Shown here: positions 28,232 to 38,203 of the stretch, one piece after another
Layout of the letters: every line of letters begins with the position of its first letter
How positions within the stretch are numbered: the stretch's first letter is position 1
Program-made: the position numbers and the translations under genes
Notes under the pieces: model-generated
Databases searched by the model: none
What the model was told of the DNA's origin: nothing
The model's input: only the letters and a program-made list of their open reading frames with translations
From: Candidatus Heimdallarchaeota archaeon
Lineage (GTDB): Archaea > Asgardarchaeota > Heimdallarchaeia > Heimdallarchaeales > Heimdallarchaeaceae
NCBI GenBank assembly: GCA_030603365.1
Contig: JAUVXV010000015.1
Span: 1-64,000 of the forward strand
Length of the DNA stretch: 64,000 nt
Direction: 5' to 3'

Positions 28232-30271
28232 TTAGTTAGTTTTTGGAATTTTTTTTCTTTTAAGAACGAAAACAAGAGTCATACATAGGATTGAGGGTAG
28301 AAACAGTAGATTGAGCATAGGACTTAATTCTGGAACAATTGGATGCACTGTTACAGTTACAGTATCTTGAGCACTATTTCCTGCAAGATCCATTACTATT
28401 ATCACATAAGTATATGTTCCTTCTGCTAAACCATCAACATCTATTATCATTGTTGTCCATAACCATTCTTCAGAATCTACTATCAAGGTTGAATCTTCAT
28501 AAATTGTGTAAGTAGATGGATTCATATCTGTAGCAACCCAGCTTATGACATTACCAGTATCACCTATAGTATATCCAAAATCTGCAACATCAGAAATATC
28601 CGGATTAAGAAAATCAATAGTTGTTTCTAGAAGAATCCCTTCCATAAGACCAGGCATTTGGAAATAATATAAAAGATTTGAGCTTTTCTCGACATAGAGA
28701 AGCATCGTACCCGAAATATCTTCTAATGTCCAAACTTCTGTATATTCCCATGCTGTACTTCCATTCACTGTTAGAATATGTATCCAAGGTACCCATGATG
28801 TTTTATCTCCTATAACTGAACTGGGTAGTAAGCTACTAAATGCGAAGAAATGACCATGTTCAAAAGCACCAAAATCATCCATTGATACGTAACCATTTAG
28901 TACATTAACGGTCAACCAAAATTCATCAAGCATTATTGTACCACCAGCATCATATTGGTGGATAATGAAATGAGTCAGCATTTCAAAGGTTGAGAGCCAG
29001 GTAGTGAATGTAAAGTTGTAGTCATAGGTTTGTACATATTGTAAATCCAAGAATCTATATCTTAAAATGTCACCTTCCTTGAGATATACATTGGGAATAA
29101 CATTAATAGAATTGATATCAACAGTATCAGAAGCCATAGACATATCAGAATAATATGCTAAAAGATAGATTGTGTTTGTTCCATTTTCAAATACAGGAAC
29201 AATAAATTCGTTAGGTCCACCATATATGGTAACTGTAGTTATATATTCAGCATTAACATATACATCAATTGTTTCCAATTCATGTGGTTCACTAGCATCG
29301 AATCCTATAAGAACTGATCCGCCTTCAACTGTTTGACTGTCAGAAGGATAAAGGATATTAAGTGTGTGAACAATTGGCTCTAGATAGAGCATCAAATATT
29401 CTCCTTCACCATCATAATCAATGATAACATAAGATTCATTGTATTCATAGCCACTGGCTTCAGCTTCAATCCTGTAACCACTAACACCAAGACCAGTAAA
29501 ATTATAGAAACCAGAAATATCTGTATAACCCATATCTACGAAGTTATCATATTCATCGTATAACCGAACCTCAGCACCTTCAATAGGATTGTGTTTATCA
29601 TTGTTGTATACATATGTATCGATAAATCCATCACCAGGTACAAAACTTGGTGGGAGAAAGATTGTTATAGATTCTCCTTCGCCATCATAGTCAATGGTAA
29701 CATAGGCTTCGTTCCACTCATAGTCAGCAGCATTAGCTTCAATGATGTAAGTAGCAGCACCAAGACCAGTGAAATTGTAGAAACCATCAACATTTGTAAG
29801 CCCACCTGTTATCCAATACCAGTCGTCATTAAATAGATCAACATATGCATCTTCAATAGGGGCAAGAGTATCCATACCATAGACATAAACATCGATGAAA
29901 CCAGTACCAGGTATGAAAATTGGATCAAGATAGAATAGCCAATACTCTCCTTCGCCATCATAATCAATAGTAATATAAGTATTATCCCATACATAGCCAT
30001 CAGCAGAAGCGGAAACAATGTAAGTAGCAGCACCAATACCGGTGAGATTATAGAAACCATCAACATTTGTATATCCTCCTGTTATTCTATAATAATTTAA
30101 ACTGAATAAGTCAACTTCTGCACCTTCAATACATAGATGAGTATCAACAAGTTCAATTAATCCTCTTTCATCGACTTCTAAATTCAAAGATTGAGGAATA
30201 ATAGCCATTCTTCTCTTTAGACACAAATTGCAGCTGTATGTAATAACTGATTGCTTATTTAGTGTCATCAA
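28232..30271 (-). CDS. Chimeric anchored surface protein (carboxypeptidase-regulatory-like repeats + Ig-like domains) lacking a signal peptide
   Basis: N-terminal CxxC...HxC segment fused to 91-aa repeats; C-terminal half paralogous to 38204..42721; VPEL+TM+basic tail. Confidence 0.75.
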   Translation of the reverse strand: MMTLNKQSVITYSCNLCLKRRMAIIPQSLNLEVDERGLIELVDTHLCIEGAEVDLFSLNYYRITGGYTNVDGFYNLTGIGAATYIVSASADGYVWDNTYITIDYDGEGEYWLFYLDPIFIPGTGFIDVYVYGMDTLAPIEDAYVDLFNDDWYWITGGLTNVDGFYNFTGLGAATYIIEANAADYEWNEAYVTIDYDGEGESITIFLPPSFVPGDGFIDTYVYNNDKHNPIEGAEVRLYDEYDNFVDMGYTDISGFYNFTGLGVSGYRIEAEASGYEYNESYVIIDYDGEGEYLMLYLEPIVHTLNILYPSDSQTVEGGSVLIGFDASEPHELETIDVYVNAEYITTVTIYGGPNEFIVPVFENGTNTIYLLAYYSDMSMASDTVDINSINVIPNVYLKEGDILRYRFLDLQYVQTYDYNFTFTTWLSTFEMLTHFIIHQYDAGGTIMLDEFWLTVNVLNGYVSMDDFGAFEHGHFFAFSSLLPSSVIGDKTSWVPWIHILTVNGSTAWEYTEVWTLEDISGTMLLYVEKSSNLLYYFQMPGLMEGILLETTIDFLNPDISDVADFGYTIGDTGNVISWVATDMNPSTYTIYEDSTLIVDSEEWLWTTMIIDVDGLAEGTYTYVIIVMDLAGNSAQDTVTVTVHPIVPELSPMLNLLFLPSILCMTLVFVLKRKKIPKTN
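29401..30130 (-). repeat. Intragenic tandem repeat, 273-bp period (about 2.7 copies)
   Basis: ctccttcRccatcataRtcaat at 29401, 29674 and 29947 (encodes IDYDGEGE). Confidence 0.85.
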
Positions 30272-30482
30272 GATCTACATTCCTATATCTATTTATCTAA
30301 TCTGAAAAAGGATACAAATAAATCTTTTTTCTTAGTACTAATGCAGTTCATATCTAGAGTATAACAGAGGCTAGAAAATACATTTAAAAAAATCTAGAGA
30401 GAGCGTAAAAAATTGCTACAAAGGTAACTAAAAAATCTGCCTGCTAATCATGCAAAATTGTGAATTAAGAAAAAGGAGAATG

Positions 30483-31343
30483 TTATCTGAATGAAGGTAT
30501 AACATCCTTAGCAAACTTAGTCATAAGATCTATACTATCTTCCCTATTACCAAAAGATGGCATATAGTATTTGGCACCTGATTCAACCGCTAATTCTACC
30601 ATTTTCATGAATTTATCGATTTCTGTTGCTTGAGGTCCCATCATTGTTCCAGACATGAAAGCTATCTTGTCTTCTCTGTTTGAATTTCTTGCAGACTTCA
30701 AGACTCTTTTTCTTCCTTCTATAACTGCTTCAGGTCCACCCCAAGGAGGGATGAAAACAATATCACCATATTTACCAGCAAGTGAAAGCATTCGCTTTCC
30801 TGATCCACCAAATAGAAGTTTGGGATAGGGTTTTTGTACCGGTTTGGGTTCCAAAACTGCATCTATTGCTTTGTAGTATTCTCCTTCGAAGTTAACTTTG
30901 TCTTCAGTCCAGAGTTTTATCATTAATTCCAAACCTTCTTTGGTTTTGTCTACTCTAACCTTAGGTGTATTCCATTCACTGTATCCATCAAACTCCTCTT
31001 GAGCCCAACCAGCACCAACTCCAAAAATAACTCTACCATGTGAGAGATTATCAAGAGCTGCAACAATTTTTGCCATAATACCGGGAGGTCGAAAGGGTAT
31101 GGGGGTAACAAGTGTACCCAATTTGATTTGTTCAGTTTTTGCTAATAGATGAGTCAAAGTAATCCACGTTTCCAATGTAACGAAACGGTCGGGACGTGAC
31201 ATTCTTCCCCCCATAGTCCCCCACATGTAATGATCAGGCATTAAAGCCCCATCATAACCTAGTTGATCAGCTTGAATTATCAACTGTTCTGCAATTTGAT
31301 AATCATTAAACCAATTGCCTATTCCACCAAGTAAGAATTGCAT
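30483..31343 (-). CDS. LLM-class flavin/F420-dependent oxidoreductase
   Basis: PDH, LGTLVT, GRVIFGVGAGW...EF, PKPVQKP.P. Confidence 0.9.
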   Translation of the reverse strand: MQFLLGGIGNWFNDYQIAEQLIIQADQLGYDGALMPDHYMWGTMGGRMSRPDRFVTLETWITLTHLLAKTEQIKLGTLVTPIPFRPPGIMAKIVAALDNLSHGRVIFGVGAGWAQEEFDGYSEWNTPKVRVDKTKEGLELMIKLWTEDKVNFEGEYYKAIDAVLEPKPVQKPYPKLLFGGSGKRMLSLAGKYGDIVFIPPWGGPEAVIEGRKRVLKSARNSNREDKIAFMSGTMMGPQATEIDKFMKMVELAVESGAKYYMPSFGNREDSIDLMTKFAKDVIPSFR

Positions 31344-31480
31344 ATTTATCTAAATAATTTTTTAGTATTGCTTATTTATAAAGAATATCCAATATCGAAA
31401 AGTCAACACATTAAAGAAATTCTTTCTGCTATTTTGGGGGGATAAGCTTTTTCAGTAGGAGTTTAAATTAATCTTTAACA

Positions 31481-32416
31481 ATGAAAAAGAAAGTACTTAT
31501 TCTGACACTTCTGATTAGTATTAGTTTTACTTTTCAAGGAAATATAATTGTATCTAGTCTCACTACTCAAATGATAGAAGACATCTCATTGAACAGTTCC
31601 TCAGGATTAGTTGCTTATTGGAGTTTTAACAGTTCGTCAGGTACAGAAGCTGTCGAACCAATAAACGAATTCAATGGATTGGTTTCAGGAGCAAATTGGA
31701 TACCAGGAGTATATGGGAATGCACTAGATTTCGATGGTGAGGATGATTTTGTTAATATCACTCAAAGTGCTATATCCACTTTGGGGACTCTTGATCAGGG
31801 AACTATTGCATTTTGGTTCAATTATCAATATAACCTTGATTCACAAGAGATTCAACCATTATTCTACTTTGGAATTGAAGATGAAAAAGAAACAGACAAT
31901 ATGTTGATAATTGAGGTAGGTCATGCTAATTCAGTAAATGAACGATTGTATGTAACATGGGTAGTTAGTGGAGGAATTCCTATATGTTATGATACAGGAA
32001 TGAATCTACAAGAGAATGCTTGGTATCATTTTGCGGTAGTTGTAGGTCCTTCAGGAAACACCGGATATCTTAATGGAACTGAGATAGTATCTCGACACTA
32101 CAATTTTGGGGATGCAGATCAAACACACTTTCTATCATCCATTTCTGTTCAAGATCAACTTACTTTTGGATATGGAAAAACAGCAGATGGTAAGAGTCCT
32201 AATTTTCTACATTTTCAAGGAAAAATAGATGAGGTTTGTATATATGATAGACCACTTTCAGGAGAAGAAATTACTGAGCTTATGGAATATGGTTTAACTT
32301 ACAGCATTCCTGAAAATGAAACAACCATTTTTTTACCATTTATGTTCGTTTTGATTCCATTGGTTTATTTGGCTGAAAGAAAGAGAAAAGATAGAACTTA
32401 CAAAGAAAAAAACTGA
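31481..32416 (+). CDS. Secreted LamG/concanavalin-like domain protein with C-terminal anchor
   Basis: GLVAYWSFN, ALDFDG.DD, WYHFAV, FQGKIDEV.IYDRPLS; C-terminal TM+basic tail. Confidence 0.88.
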   Translation: MKKKVLILTLLISISFTFQGNIIVSSLTTQMIEDISLNSSSGLVAYWSFNSSSGTEAVEPINEFNGLVSGANWIPGVYGNALDFDGEDDFVNITQSAISTLGTLDQGTIAFWFNYQYNLDSQEIQPLFYFGIEDEKETDNMLIIEVGHANSVNERLYVTWVVSGGIPICYDTGMNLQENAWYHFAVVVGPSGNTGYLNGTEIVSRHYNFGDADQTHFLSSISVQDQLTFGYGKTADGKSPNFLHFQGKIDEVCIYDRPLSGEEITELMEYGLTYSIPENETTIFLPFMFVLIPLVYLAERKRKDRTYKEKN

Positions 32417-32463
32417 AAATAAATCTTCTAAGCTAGAATTCTATGATTTTGATCAGACTATTT

Positions 32464-33837
32464 TTAGTAAGGAGATACGAAAATCCCACTCCCTTTTTCA
32501 GTTAAGAACTGTCCCTCATCATAAACTATTCTTCCTCCAATAATTGTTTTTTCTATTCTACCTTGTAGTTTCCATCCATCAAAAATAGTAATTTTCTGTT
32601 TTGTGAACATATTCTCGTTTTTGAGAGCATATTCGTTTTTCATGTCAACTATTATCAAATCTGCATCAGAACCTAAGGAAATTGTTCCTTTTCTAGGATA
32701 AATTCCAAATCTTTTTGCAGGATTCGACGAAGTCACTTCTACATATTTGGCCAAAGATAGTTTCTTCCTATTTACTGCATTGAGTAATAAAGGAAGCATT
32801 GTTTCTAAACCAGGAGTTCCAGATCCTACACTAAAAATCCCTTTCTCTTCATCCTTCACTTCTTTCTCTTCATGACTGTAAGGTGAATGATCTGATGCTA
32901 CAATATCTATTGTTCCATCATTTAATGCAATCCATGCTGCTTCCCTATGGTCCTTAGATCTTATTGGAGGATCAATTTTTGCCCATGAACCTATTTCTGT
33001 TGCTTCTTTGGATGTTAAAAACAAGTGATGAGGAGTAATCTCACACGTTACATCCCAATCTTTTTGTTTTACTGTTTTGATGAAAGCAAATGCATTCTTC
33101 GAGCTCATATGTACAAGATTTAATTTCACGTTAGCATGGTTTGCTAGAACCATAGCTCTCATACAAGCCTCATCTTCTGCAATTGCAGGACGAGAATCAG
33201 TATGAGCTTGGAAGTCAAGCTTCCCATTAGATATTTGTCTATTGATTTCTTCTTGAATAATAGAATCGTTCTCTGCATGGATACTACTTACTAAACCTAC
33301 TTCAGCAATTTTTGAGAATATTTTCAGAAGATAAGAATCATTTTTAGCAGAAAGGTCTTTGAGTTCGTACATCTCTTCTGGTGCATCCAACATGAAAGTT
33401 TTGAAAGCTATTGCTCCTTTAGAAACTAACTCATCTATTGAATTTATGTTACTATATCCAGCAGATCCAATTAGTCCAAAATCTACCAGACTTTTTGCTT
33501 TCATTTCTTTCAGTTGTATATCAAATGATTCTATTGCTGACTTACCTCTGATTCCCATTGGCATTTCTAAGATAGTCGTAATCCCTCCAGAGGAAGCTGC
33601 TTGAGTTCCAGTATAGAAATCTTCTCTATGTGAAAATTCTAAATCTAAAATGTGTGAATGGACATCTATTCCCCCTGGTAGAATCAAACGATTTTCCGCG
33701 TCAATGGTCTTATCAGCTGTAGGAAGAGTATTTGTCTTACCAATTGCTACTATTTTCCCATGATCTAAACTTAGGCCAGTTTCAATCAGTTCTTTTTCTA
33801 CAAACACTTTTCCATTTGTAATATTCAAATCAACCAT
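32464..33837 (-). CDS. Cyclic amidohydrolase, allantoinase/dihydroorotase family
   Basis: PGGIDVHSH, AFK, HAEN, PHHL, PPIR, SDHSP, G.PGLET. Confidence 0.88.
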   Translation of the reverse strand: MVDLNITNGKVFVEKELIETGLSLDHGKIVAIGKTNTLPTADKTIDAENRLILPGGIDVHSHILDLEFSHREDFYTGTQAASSGGITTILEMPMGIRGKSAIESFDIQLKEMKAKSLVDFGLIGSAGYSNINSIDELVSKGAIAFKTFMLDAPEEMYELKDLSAKNDSYLLKIFSKIAEVGLVSSIHAENDSIIQEEINRQISNGKLDFQAHTDSRPAIAEDEACMRAMVLANHANVKLNLVHMSSKNAFAFIKTVKQKDWDVTCEITPHHLFLTSKEATEIGSWAKIDPPIRSKDHREAAWIALNDGTIDIVASDHSPYSHEEKEVKDEEKGIFSVGSGTPGLETMLPLLLNAVNRKKLSLAKYVEVTSSNPAKRFGIYPRKGTISLGSDADLIIVDMKNEYALKNENMFTKQKITIFDGWKLQGRIEKTIIGGRIVYDEGQFLTEKGSGIFVSPY

Positions 33838-33924
33838 TTTACTTCTATCCAGTTGCTATTTACAGTACTTTTATTTTTAAGTAGTATAATATATCTTTAA
33901 ATCTTCGTGAGGATTGAATAAATT

Positions 33925-35310
33925 ATGCAAAACAAAGATGAAGCAATCATTTTTTCAGGTGCAACTCCAAATAAAGTAAAGGAAGATTTACAACCGCTTG
34001 TGAATTTTCAGGAAGAAGGAATTTCACTTGATAAACTCAAACACATATTGAAAGAAAGATTGCTTCCTCATTTAATGAAGTACAATCATCCTGGATTTCT
34101 ATCTATGTTCAATGATGTTCCAGAAGAAGGTGCTAAGCTGGGTGCAGAAGTAGCTCTAGAATTCAATCAGGGTGTAACAGATTGGTATGTTTCACCAGGT
34201 GGAGCTATGTTGGAAGAATTATGTATCCAAGCTCTTTGTTCATTATTTGGTTTAGGTTCAGAATCAGATGGTACCTTCATGTATTCAGGTACTTATGCAA
34301 ATCAAGAAGCGTTGTATCTTGCACTTCATTGGAAAGCTGAACAAGAAGGATTTGACTTTTCACAAGAGGGTTTGAAAGGATTTAAACATCCTGAAAGACT
34401 AGTAGTGTTGACCTCAGCTGATGCACATTTTTCACTCAAACATGCGGTTAGAATGTTGGGATTGGGAGATAAGAATCTTCTAACATTGAATGTAGATGAA
34501 AATAGAAGAATAGATATTCTTCAAATGCAAAAAGAAGTTGATAAATTACAGGAAAATCATGATATTTTTTGTGTAGTAGCAACTACAGGAACTACATCAA
34601 CAGGTTCAATTGATAATGTGCAGCAGATTTCAAGCTTATGTCAAAAGATAAGTGCTTGGTTACATGTAGATGGAGCTTATGGTTTGGCATATTCTTTGGT
34701 TCCTGAATATAGAGAAAGGTTCGCAGGGATAGAATCAGCAGATTCAGTGTCATGGGATCCTCACAAACAATTTGGAACTCCTATACCAAATTCCATTCTT
34801 TTTGTACGACATAAAGAGGATTTTAATAGAATGGCTTTACGAAGTGATTACATTTATCGTGAAGGAGAAGATGTCCCAAGCCCAGGATTGAAATCACCTC
34901 CATCAACAAGACCATTTTCAGCACTTCCATTGGTTACTTCTATTAGATATCAAGGAATAACAAAAATCCAAGAAAGACTTAGATCACCTATTCAAGCTAT
35001 AGAATCCATATATAATAAACTAAAAACTGATTCAGAAATTGAATTGTGTAATGAACCTGAAACAGGGATAATTTGTTTTCGAATTATTAATACTCAAGTT
35101 CCATCCATTCAGATGAATCAATTTCACAAACTAATTTATGATGAAGTTATATCTACTGGAAAGCATTCTATTTCTTTTACCAAATTAGGAGATACAGCTG
35201 TTCTCAGATTGGTTGCAATTACACCAACTACAGCAGAAATTTTAATGAAAACTATTACCTATGTCAAGGAGAAAGCTATATCTATAATCAATAGAGGAGA
35301 ATTACAATAA
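33925..35310 (+). CDS. Group II PLP-dependent decarboxylase (DABA decarboxylase-like)
   Basis: GTYAN, AHFS, GTTSTGSID, WLHVDGAYG, DPHK. Confidence 0.88.
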   Translation: MQNKDEAIIFSGATPNKVKEDLQPLVNFQEEGISLDKLKHILKERLLPHLMKYNHPGFLSMFNDVPEEGAKLGAEVALEFNQGVTDWYVSPGGAMLEELCIQALCSLFGLGSESDGTFMYSGTYANQEALYLALHWKAEQEGFDFSQEGLKGFKHPERLVVLTSADAHFSLKHAVRMLGLGDKNLLTLNVDENRRIDILQMQKEVDKLQENHDIFCVVATTGTTSTGSIDNVQQISSLCQKISAWLHVDGAYGLAYSLVPEYRERFAGIESADSVSWDPHKQFGTPIPNSILFVRHKEDFNRMALRSDYIYREGEDVPSPGLKSPPSTRPFSALPLVTSIRYQGITKIQERLRSPIQAIESIYNKLKTDSEIELCNEPETGIICFRIINTQVPSIQMNQFHKLIYDEVISTGKHSISFTKLGDTAVLRLVAITPTTAEILMKTITYVKEKAISIINRGELQ

Positions 35311-35981
35311 TGAAGATACTAATCATCAATCCAAACAGTGACTTGGAAATGACTCAAGCAATTCAAGAAACAGCTGATGCCTTTGTAGATAGTAAAGTAC
35401 AAGTTATTTGCAAGCATACACCTGATGCACCAAAGTTCATTGAAACATATGAAGATCAGGTTAAAGCAGCACCTGGAATGATAAAATTAACCAGAGAAAA
35501 TGAGCAAGAGTTTGATGGATTTATAATTGCATGTCATTGTGATCCCAATCTAGATACATTGAAAGAGATAACGAAAAAACCTGTTGTGGGGATAGGAGAA
35601 GCATCCATGAAATTAGCTTCAATGTTAGGACATAGTTTTTCTGTTATTTCTATGACTGAGCAATCTATACCCAATAAAGAGGCTTTAATCAGGAAATATC
35701 ATCTTCAAGATGCTTTGGCTTCTGTGAGATCTCCAGATGAGAAACATAAAAACCTGCGTGATGAAGAGAAGTATTTTGAAACAGCTAAGCTTGCTATTGA
35801 GCAAGATAAAGCTGAAGTGATCGTTTTAGGTTGTGCAGGAATGACAGGATTAGATAAAAATCTGGAAAAGAAGCTTGGAGTTCCAGTTCTAGATGGAGTT
35901 ATATGTGCGCTAATTATCCTAACGGGTTTAGTTACATATGGAATCTCAACAAGTAAAATAAGAAGATATAACTCTTCATAG
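35310..35981 (+). CDS. Asp/Glu/hydantoin (allantoin) racemase
   Basis: MKILIINPNS, IIAC..DP, PVVGIGEA, VLGCAGM, VPVLDG; TAATG overlap with the upstream gene. Confidence 0.9.
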   Translation: MKILIINPNSDLEMTQAIQETADAFVDSKVQVICKHTPDAPKFIETYEDQVKAAPGMIKLTRENEQEFDGFIIACHCDPNLDTLKEITKKPVVGIGEASMKLASMLGHSFSVISMTEQSIPNKEALIRKYHLQDALASVRSPDEKHKNLRDEEKYFETAKLAIEQDKAEVIVLGCAGMTGLDKNLEKKLGVPVLDGVICALIILTGLVTYGISTSKIRRYNSS

Positions 35982-35987
35982 CATCTT

Positions 35988-37364
35988 TTAAGCTATTTCA
36001 GATTCTACCTTTTCAATTGATTCAATGCAAATATCAACACCAGTTTCAGCTAGTTTTTTAGTTATAATCAGAGGTGGAAGGAATCGCAAAACATTGTTGT
36101 AATGTCCCCCTATCTCTATTATCACGCCTTTTTGAAACATTTCATCTCTTATCCTAGTACAAAGTTCAGAAGATGGTTTCTTAGTTTCTTTATCTTCAAC
36201 AATTTCTATTCCAATCATCAAACCTTTTCCTCTGACCTCACCAACTATTCCAGAATTCTTCTCACTTTTTTCTAGTTTGTTTAGTAGGTAATTTCCAAGT
36301 TCTTCAGCATACTTAGCAAGATTGTTTTCCAACATGAAATCAATCGAAGCAGATCCTGCAGCCATAGCAGTGACATTACCTCTAAAAGTACCAATATGAG
36401 CAGCCTTCGACCAAACATCTAAGTCTTGTCTATAAGCTATTGCTGAAAGAGGGAATCCTCCACCCAGAGCTTTGGATATTGTCATTATATCGGGAGAAGC
36501 TCCTGAATGTTCAGAAGAAAAGAATTTTCCAGTTCTGCAGAAACCAGCTTGAATTTCATCAAAAACTATCGGAATTTCATACTTGTTACTGATATCAGCA
36601 ATTCTCTTAACAAAAATATTGTGAGGAACAATTGAACCTCCTTCACCTTGAATAGGTTCTATAATTGTCATAGCTGGATCTACTATACCAGAATGAGGAT
36701 CTTCTAGAACATGTTCATAATAACTAGCACTTGCCTCGGCACATTCTACAGCTGTTTTGGTTTTGAATGGACATCGATATGAATAAGCGTAAGGAACAAA
36801 ATGGACTTCTGGAATTAAAGGCAAGTAATTTTTCTTCCAAAATTTACCTGAAGTTAAAGCAAGAGCACCTGAAGTCATCCCATGGTATGCTCCTTCAAAA
36901 GCGATGATTCCATGTCTTTTAGTTATTATTTTAGAAAGCTTAATTGCACTTTCTATTGCATCAGAACCCGTTGGTCCTCCAAAAACAATTTTGGAATTAC
37001 TACGTAGATTACCTGGTAGAATATTCAAAATTTTTTCGACAAGTTCCATCCGAATTTCTGAAGGAAAATCAAGTGTATGAGTTATGTTCTGCTGAACCTC
37101 TCGAACCTTTTCATCAATATAAGGATTGCAATGCCCTAAAGCTAGAACTCCAGCTCCTCCAAAAAAATCAATGAAAACATTGTTATCAGCATCTTGTATT
37201 GTTGCTCCAAATCCTCTTTTGAAGGCTATAGGAGAACCTTTTGGATAAGAAACAGGTCTACCCTCAAGCTTAACTTGTAAATCCAGAAAATCTTTTGATT
37301 TTGGTCCAGGAACTGTTCCCCTTATTAATGGAGCTTCCTCATAGCTTAATTCATCAAATCTCAT
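35988..37364 (-). CDS. Class III aminotransferase, diaminobutyrate--2-oxoglutarate transaminase (Dat/EctB)-like
   Basis: DFFGGAGVLALGH, GPTGSDAIE, EPIQGEGG, DEIQAG, SKALGGG, HIGTFRGN. Confidence 0.88.
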   Translation of the reverse strand: MRFDELSYEEAPLIRGTVPGPKSKDFLDLQVKLEGRPVSYPKGSPIAFKRGFGATIQDADNNVFIDFFGGAGVLALGHCNPYIDEKVREVQQNITHTLDFPSEIRMELVEKILNILPGNLRSNSKIVFGGPTGSDAIESAIKLSKIITKRHGIIAFEGAYHGMTSGALALTSGKFWKKNYLPLIPEVHFVPYAYSYRCPFKTKTAVECAEASASYYEHVLEDPHSGIVDPAMTIIEPIQGEGGSIVPHNIFVKRIADISNKYEIPIVFDEIQAGFCRTGKFFSSEHSGASPDIMTISKALGGGFPLSAIAYRQDLDVWSKAAHIGTFRGNVTAMAAGSASIDFMLENNLAKYAEELGNYLLNKLEKSEKNSGIVGEVRGKGLMIGIEIVEDKETKKPSSELCTRIRDEMFQKGVIIEIGGHYNNVLRFLPPLIITKKLAETGVDICIESIEKVESEIA

Positions 37365-37470
37365 TCTGAATAGACATTTCCTTAGGATATTAAAATATTA
37401 GGTAATAAATTTCTACTGTTTAGTTGAATAAATAGATAGAAGCAGATAAAAAAATGATTGACTGTTAAGC

Positions 37471-38151
37471 TTAACTATTACATAATTCTTGCAAAGAATC
37501 AGGGAAATCATCTATTCCATTAAACTCTTTTACAACTACTGATTTTACCCTATTTCTAAGTTCAGAACCTAGATGAGTGAAAATCATCTCCTTCACTCCT
37601 CCAATACTTTCACAATTATCTTCAATAAGAATATCTGGATTAATTCTCTCAATAATATTCTTGTATTCTTCCCCACCTTTGCGATAGAGCACTGGTCCGT
37701 CAGGAAAATTGAACTTTTTCAAAATAGTCTCATCTTTTTGAATATTTGAGTATTTTCTGTGAAAACTTAAATAAATTATTTTCGCACCTTGTTTTGACCA
37801 TCTAAGAACTTTCTCAATAGAATTACCTATAGGAATATAAGATGAAAAATCATTAACAGTTTCTTCTCTATTTCTAACTTGATTAACTCTCTCCTCTCTT
37901 GTCCTTATTACAATAGTCACTAAAAACCCAAAAACATTCAGGATTTGCTTTTGAATTTTGTCTATTATTTCTGTTTTATCTGTCAAGGCTGTTTGAAAGA
38001 TTACATTACCACTTTGAATGTAAGTCTGCACTTGCTCAAATTCCAATGATTCATAGAGCTTCCTAAGTTCTTCCATTTTGATTTTCTTCTGTCCACTAAC
38101 ATTAACTCCACGAAGCATTGTAATAAAAACAGTCTTAAGAAAAATACACAA
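37471..38151 (-). CDS. Chimeric ORF: N-terminal half of DUF1697 fused to the C-terminal part of a HAD-like protein
   Basis: LRGVNVSG...TYIQSGNV (DUF1697) up to RTREE, then unrelated ...PDILIEDNCESIGG sequence. Confidence 0.65.
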   Translation of the reverse strand: MCIFLKTVFITMLRGVNVSGQKKIKMEELRKLYESLEFEQVQTYIQSGNVIFQTALTDKTEIIDKIQKQILNVFGFLVTIVIRTREERVNQVRNREETVNDFSSYIPIGNSIEKVLRWSKQGAKIIYLSFHRKYSNIQKDETILKKFNFPDGPVLYRKGGEEYKNIIERINPDILIEDNCESIGGVKEMIFTHLGSELRNRVKSVVVKEFNGIDDFPDSLQELCNS

Positions 38152-38203
38152 AGATGAGAGTTAAACATTACTATCTATCGAAAAAAAAGAAAAAAGAAAG
38201 AAA

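Noticed and set aside
29401-30130. Repeats as a CRISPR array or a DGR template/variable-repeat pair
   Set aside because: These are in-frame 273-bp protein-domain repeats; differences are not adenine-specific and no cas or reverse transcriptase gene is in the window.
35988-37364. Ectoine biosynthesis (ectB)
   Set aside because: No ectA or ectC adjacent; the neighbours are a decarboxylase and a racemase.
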